Assembly (NCBI RefSeq): GCF_000002075.1
Contig: NW_004797304.1
Coordinates: 913,328 to 977,327 of the forward strand
Direction of reading: 5' to 3'
DNA from: Aplysia californica
Taxonomy: Eukaryota
Length of the DNA stretch: 64,000 nt
Positions 57,892 to 64,000 of this stretch are shown piece by piece. A model generated the notes under the pieces. That model was not told the DNA's origin, made no database searches, and worked only from the letters and a program-made list of their open reading frames with translations. Made by a program: the position numbers and the translations under genes. Every line of letters starts with the position of its first letter. Position 1 is the stretch's first letter.

Positions 57892-60782
57892 ATTGGAGGG
57901 GGGGGGGGGGGTGTTTGGTTGCACACCCCTGTGTATTAATGTTGATTTAATGGATGTTCGCGGGCAGTATTGCGTACAGACGTAAATCATTTCTGGCATC
58001 TTTTGAGATACGTCTGTATGCAATACTGCCTGCGTGTGGTGTGACTAGAGAAAGGAGTAACTCCTTCTCGTTCATTTTTTTGCTGACCCCCCCAGAAAGC
58101 ACGATTGAATGGAGTTGCACATTTTTATTGTGACACCAACAATATGTTCAGACAATGGATTTTGAGGTTCATGGCGATGAATTTTGCAGCCAGTGCATGG
58201 GTATAATAATCCACATTTCCCTTAAGTGCTGAACCCAGAACAGTATTTTGCACGCCATATCATATACTATATAGTCAAGAGATGTTTATGATGGTCACCT
58301 CTGTTGAAAAAAAAAAGTATATCTTTCTTGGAGTCCTGCAAATGCTTCATAACATTGCTGTTGGATTTTGGAACGGCTTTTTTCAATTGTGGGTTTCCAG
58401 GTTCATGTCTAAGGCCCCAGAATTGGGCAGGTGATTGGAAAAAAAACCAACACAAAGAAGTCATAACGGTGCTTGGGCATTGTCTGTCTGCATTAAGTTT
58501 GGAAGAGATGGGAGTGGGGATGGATGGGTTGGGGGGAGGGGGTGTAGAAGAATGTATGTACATAGCTATGTTGAAAACCAACAGTTCATAGGAATAGGAT
58601 ATATTTTTTCATATTCCGATCTGGTCGGCACTAGTTTGCAGTCAATAAGCTTGTAGAGCTCATGATGAGCCTGATGGAAATTCTGTTTTTAGATTCTGTA
58701 TTGTTTAGTTCAGCCGGGAAGAAGACGCGCAAGCTGTTTGTATATATCTACATTTGTTATATCTATATATAAATGTATGTATGTATGACTTCAAGAATAT
58801 CCAATTCTGAGCTGTGATGATGAAGGAGACGATGTATCAAGCTTGCTTTGTGGAAATTTGGATAGTAGATGGGAAAGACGGGCAGGATTACTTGGAACCT
58901 GATGCTGTTATTGTTGTTGAAAGGGCAGTTGTCTTTGACTTGGATCTCTTACTTTTCAGGCACAGCACTTTATTCTTTACTTATTATCACATCATGCATA
59001 GTGTAATTGGAAAGATGTGTGCAGATGTTCCCTTCTCTTTGTTTAGTAGTCTTTATGTCAGATTTGTAGTATAAATACATTTTGTAGTATTTCTTTGATT
59101 GTCCCATCATTTTAAAATCATTATGATTTTGCAGATGATAAAATAAAGTATGTATCTGTTGGTCAACCTGTAAATATGTGTTTTTGAAAATCGCTTATTT
59201 CTGGGTCAAAAAATTAGTTGTTTCGTGAAAGTTTAAATTATCAATGGAAATTTATGACTTAATACTGATCTGGAAATGATGGATTATTCATTAAGAGGGT
59301 TTATGAATGTAGAATGGTGAAAATCACTTGCAGACAAAAGTTGAATTGAATTATATTTCTGACTTTCTACACTCAGTCACCTCAGGTTCCCGGAGCTCTA
59401 TTCTGAGCCAAGAGCAGGAAATGGATCTGTAGTAGTTTCTATGAAAGTCTGCTGTACTTTTGACTTGCTGTATTAAACTTGTAAAGAATTTTTCCTATTG
59501 TTTGGTTGTGTCTTCATGTTTGCTGTTTGTGCCCTTCAACTTCATGTTACTTACATTCACTTCTACCTGTCTGTTGTTTTTCAATATGTTGGGTGTTTTT
59601 ATCATCAGTGTGCATGAGTATGTCACTCACTATTCTGTTGTAGTAAAGAATAGCAGTCTCCAGTTTGCCTTTTGGCGACACAAACACATATTTCCTATTA
59701 TTAGGGGTGGTTTCATGTACATCTTAATGTGTTTTATTTCCTATAATTTTGACTTTCTGCTGTTTAAGTCTAATTTTGTTATTGATGGGCAGCATTTCTG
59801 TCACTGATGCTAGTATTAAAAGAAAGAGGAGTGGGGTGTAAAAGAAAGAATTCCGTCATACTCTGTACATATGTCATTAAAGACTGTTCGGGACACAAAC
59901 ATTTTCAGAGTTCCCTCTTTGAGAAAAAAGGAGTTTCGGAACTGATATTTCTCTGAAGTGTTGCAACAGTGTCAAGGCAAGGAGAGTCTTAACCATTTAC
60001 CAGCTCGAGGTGCCACGATCAGCAGCTCACTAGAGGCACCAATACATCTAGACCTTGTGGTAAATTTGCTAAAGTGTTTTGAGTTGTCTGTTATGAGCTG
60101 CTAGATCGACAGGGGTAAGCATTATGTTTTTGGAATAGACTAGGGATCTTCTTCTTGGCTTTATTAGTATTAAAACGTAAGTGATCTACTGGCAGAAATT
60201 CTGTCAATTTCTTTAGAATTGTGGGGCACAGTGAAGTTGGGCAAATCCCAACAAATCTAGAAAATAAGACTAGAACTTGGCTCTTGAATGATCCAATTCA
60301 AAATTCATTTCACGATCTACAGTAATACTGTATTAATTCCCTTGCACAGTTAGTGAGTTACTGTATGTTACATTATTTTTTAATGTGATGAATTAATTTG
60401 GGTAATGAGTGCAAACTGGTATGTAGTCACAACTAAAGAAGAAGAAGCAATGAATGACTTACCATCCTGTATTGCAGTGGAAACAGGCTTGTTAAAACCA
60501 GTGTTCTTTTCTTATAAACTGATGTTTTTGCCTGATCAATTTGCAAAAAAATTATTTTTTGTGGTGAATGTGCTGAAACAGTGTGTGGCATTTTAAAGAA
60601 TTTTTATTCCTGTTATAAGAATTTGGGGCATGCACCAGAATCAGGCTGGATAGCTCCTTAGGGAGTAAAAGTTAAAGTATCAATTTTGAAAGGGTTAGAT
60701 AATACAGTAAAATCTCAGTTTAAAGGTAGAAGTTCACCTTCTGCTTATTTATGGCAAATGTGCGCTCTGACATTTGTTCACT

Positions 60783-60905
60783 TGTGTAGTGGTTAGGTGC
60801 TTAGCTGTCACCCGCGGGAGACCTGAGTTTGATTCGTGAGTAGGCAGAACATTTTTATTGGGTATCTTATGCAGTTGCGAGCGCCGTAAAACCCCATACT
60901 AAACT
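60783..60905 (+). mobile_element. Short degenerate SINE: tRNA-like head plus family A tail
   Basis: GTGTAGTGGTTAG...GAGTTTGATTC then TTATGCAGTTGCGAGCGCCGTAAAACCCCATACTAAAC. Confidence 0.6.
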
Positions 60906-61886
60906 GAGTATCTTGGTCTTTCTGTTGGGATTTTGTATCTCTCTCAGTCCGTGTTGACCCTGGTAGGCAAGGTTGGAAGCCCGCCTCCTAAATGATCTGA
61001 ATTGTATCGATAGGGGCGTAAAAACACCAACAGTGACCAGATTTTTTTTTTGCATGCGTTAGAACTGTACTTCTTTCACAGAGTAAATGAATATTATTGT
61101 TGTTGCAAGGAAAGTGAGAAACGCATTAAAAAAATTTTTTTTCTTAATTACTAACCCTACTGTAAAGCAGGAGAGTTTTTCGTTTCTCTTTTGACAGCAA
61201 CAATACACCAAAATGTTTTTCTAGTTTGCAATTTTTTGGAGAAATAGCTTAAAGGTTGATCTCAACTATTTGTTATTGTATTGCCGTTTTTTGGTCAGCA
61301 TTATTGTTAACATTGATTCGTACGTTTCTTTTCGTTATATATATTGGCTTTCCTTGCTTTTTTTTTTTCTATCTCAGTACAGTTTGTCAACGATAGTGTG
61401 TATATATTAATCTTTTGGTTAGGAATATTGCCAGTCTTCCAAGTTTGATGTCGTATCATGAATATCGTTTTAAAATGTCTTCAAATATAATCAGAGGTGA
61501 CGCTGATTTATATTTGGGGAATAAGTGTTTTCTTGCTTTGTTTATTGTTGCGACGAATTATTGGGCAATTATTGAATCTCCCCAGGAAGACCGTTCACAT
61601 GTATTGTTAATTATCATCTTTAATGAGCATCATCAATTATGACTGCAGCACGCCCCCCTGTGTTGGGTTTTAATATATGTAAGGCACGTGTTAGATGTAT
61701 CAAGTTATCATGGCTTTATGTTGATTTTATCTAAAGAGTGATGAATATACTTTTCAGACTGCTTTAATAGGTAAGAGTATATGCTCAAGGCTAAACCAAT
61801 GTGGTTTATGTGTCGTATGGTGCGTATATTTTTTAAAACTCCTTAATCTAATTGATATATATATCATATCTGATCTAAGGAGTGCC

Positions 61887-61892
61887 AATAAA
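61887..61892 (+). terminator. Candidate distal polyadenylation signal for DCAF1 (a proximal AATAAA lies at about 59142)
   Basis: AATAAA followed by GT/T-rich sequence. Confidence 0.35.
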
Positions 61893-62263
61893 AATTATTG
61901 AGAACAAAAGCTGCGATGGGGTCAAGGGCTTTTTGGTTGAGGGTTGTATCCACTGTAGACTCCCATTCCTTATGATGACTTCAGAGTGCTGATAACTTTA
62001 ATTACTTTACTATTTTCCTATATATTAATCTCTCTTTCTGTAACACTACTGATTTGGGGGAAACTTGTGGAGATTCTGTAAAACATGTAGGCCTACTCTC
62101 TTGTATTCAAAGTAAACTTATTGCCATAATGGTAATAAGTAATTTTTAGTCATTTTAAAAAAGTATAGGATGGATTTTGGTTTGTATTTGGTTATAATCT
62201 TCTCGTATGCAAATGCCGGTTTCTCTTCAACTTCATTGTCGCTCACGCAAAAAAAATTTGAGG

Positions 62264-62678
62264 CAGCATGGTGAAATCAGGCGCTCGTAAAATAAAGAAA
62301 GTGAAGAAACTGGCATTTTCCCACAGTTAAAGAAATTTTTTTGAATTTTTGTTTTTTGGCTCTACGCCTTTCATAGAACAAATTTATGAGTGGATTTTAC
62401 TGAAAAACGTTGATTAAAGGCTTAAAAGAAGTAAATTTTCAGTCTCCATAGACTCTCAAGCTAAGGAAATTACGCAACTTTGGCGGCCATTTTCTCATTA
62501 ATTTTACCTCTGAAACAAGGTGAGCCCCCACCTCCTTCAGTCGCCAATATCTGAACTTATACAAAAGATAAATGGATATTTTTTCCATCTAAAGCAAGGC
62601 AAATGGACAGACTTTAAGATGATACCAATGACTCCATGTGCCCTAAAAGTGACGAGCACCTGATTCCACCGCACCGTG
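62264..62678. mobile_element. MITE with about 19-bp inverted repeats
   Basis: GGTGAAATCAGGCGCTCGT ... ACGAGCACCTGATTCCACC. Confidence 0.65.
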
Positions 62679-64000
62679 ACACAGATAGAGCTATAATCTT
62701 CTCCCAAAAACTAGCAACAAATGTAGTCCTATCTTGTTAGCTGTTACCTGTTCCGTTGATGAACAGATGCTTGATGGATATATATAAATTTAATGAGCTG
62801 TCCCACACTGTGATAAGATGTGTCCTACAATAAAGAGAAGGACTGTTTTTAAAACACATTTTCAGTGCCATAAGAAGGCAGTTGTGGGCTATCAGACTTG
62901 TACAGACGTCGGTTTAGTTTAGGTCTCTCAACCCAATTCCGCACTCCCAAAACAACTTTCATTTCCAGAAGACATGGTCTCTTTTGTCTCATATTGTACC
63001 AAGTTGCTGCCACAAAAAATATTGGTACAACAACACATAATTCTTTTGCTCACTCTGTGAAGCAAGGTCAAGGGAGTCAATCACTTTGTGGGGGGAGGAA
63101 GGGTGTGGGGGAGGGAGACGACAGCTACGAAATTGCAGAGATTCTGGCCCTGTGGTATCAGATTGTCCACTTTCAAATCAAAGTCAAATTTGACTCTGGG
63201 CGGTTAGTGGAGGGTGTTTAAACAGTTCGTAGTAATTTGTCATTGTAGTCACTTTCCCATTCCTAATTTCAGGTGTGTTTGCAGTATAAACAGATTATAT
63301 TTATAATTTTGAATGAAAATTAAAATACCTCATCTAGTAAAGAGGACATTTTTGATTCATATTAGTTGATTGAGCGTGTTTTGAGAATGTGCAAATTGAT
63401 AATATGTGGTGTTTTTAGAGATGTTTGTTTCCCATTTCCTGTATATTTATAATGGGAATAGAAATTTTGAATGATCATTAAAAAATCTTAAAAAAAACTA
63501 GGGCATTTATGATTCATAGGAATCGATTTAGGGGTGTTTGCGAATGAGCATACTGATAGTTATAGATAGCGATATGCTGTGTTTGTTGATGTTCGTTTGC
63601 TATTTCAGCTGATTCTGTTGTTGACTTATGGCTTACTACAATGGACTTTGCTTGAGATAATAGGAACACTGGAAAGACGTCATTTAAGCCATGAAAATAA
63701 TTCACTCAATTTCTCTACCTTTTTAGAATATTGGTGGGTGATATAATTAAAAAAGGCGTCTTAGTATTTAAAGTCATTTTGTCAGAATTCACCTCTTCAA
63801 GTTCAAGCCGAGTCCACTGTATTCTGATGTTCTTGTTTCAGAGTGTGTGGTGCATGCCTCTGATCATTAAAAAAGTGACTATTTTCAACAAAGTTTTTGA
63901 TTATTTTTGTTAATGAATTTTTTATAACAAAATTCTTTGGTGTTCGCAACTCTCTCTCTCTCTCGCTCTATCTGTCACTTACACACTTTTATGCACTCAA

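Noticed and set aside
58655-58685. Possible hammerhead ribozyme (TGATGAG...GAAA)
   Set aside because: No CTGATGA core with a closing stem II, and no stems I/III

Overview
Eukaryotic (metazoan) AT-rich genomic DNA. The frequent AGATCT runs and the SINE types suggest a lophotrochozoan, perhaps a gastropod, but that is inference. Two intron-rich genes lie head to head. On the + strand is a complete DCAF1/VprBP gene (CRL4 substrate receptor), assembled by hand into 39 phase-consistent coding exons from 24256 to 57891 (4518 nt, 1505 aa). It contains ARM-like, LisH, H-box, WD40/WDxR and acidic-tail regions and one U12-type (minor) intron. On the - strand are the first 5 coding exons of a divergent ATG2-like gene (13500 to 3331), whose continuation I could not trace. 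Introns and the intergenic spacer are packed with often nested mobile DNA: three tRNA-derived SINE families, an RTE LINE 3' fragment, hAT-, piggyBac(TTAA)- and Tc1/pogo(TA)-type non-autonomous elements, a Mutator transposase relic, and a nested pair of unclassified elements bounded by 12-14 bp direct repeats. There are three assembly gaps. I found no convincing wholly new multi-gene system. The best leads are the nested unclassified elements, a hAT insertion 72 bp upstream of the ATG2 start, a partial exon duplicate in ATG2, and a 26-bp hairpin in the DCAF1 3' UTR.
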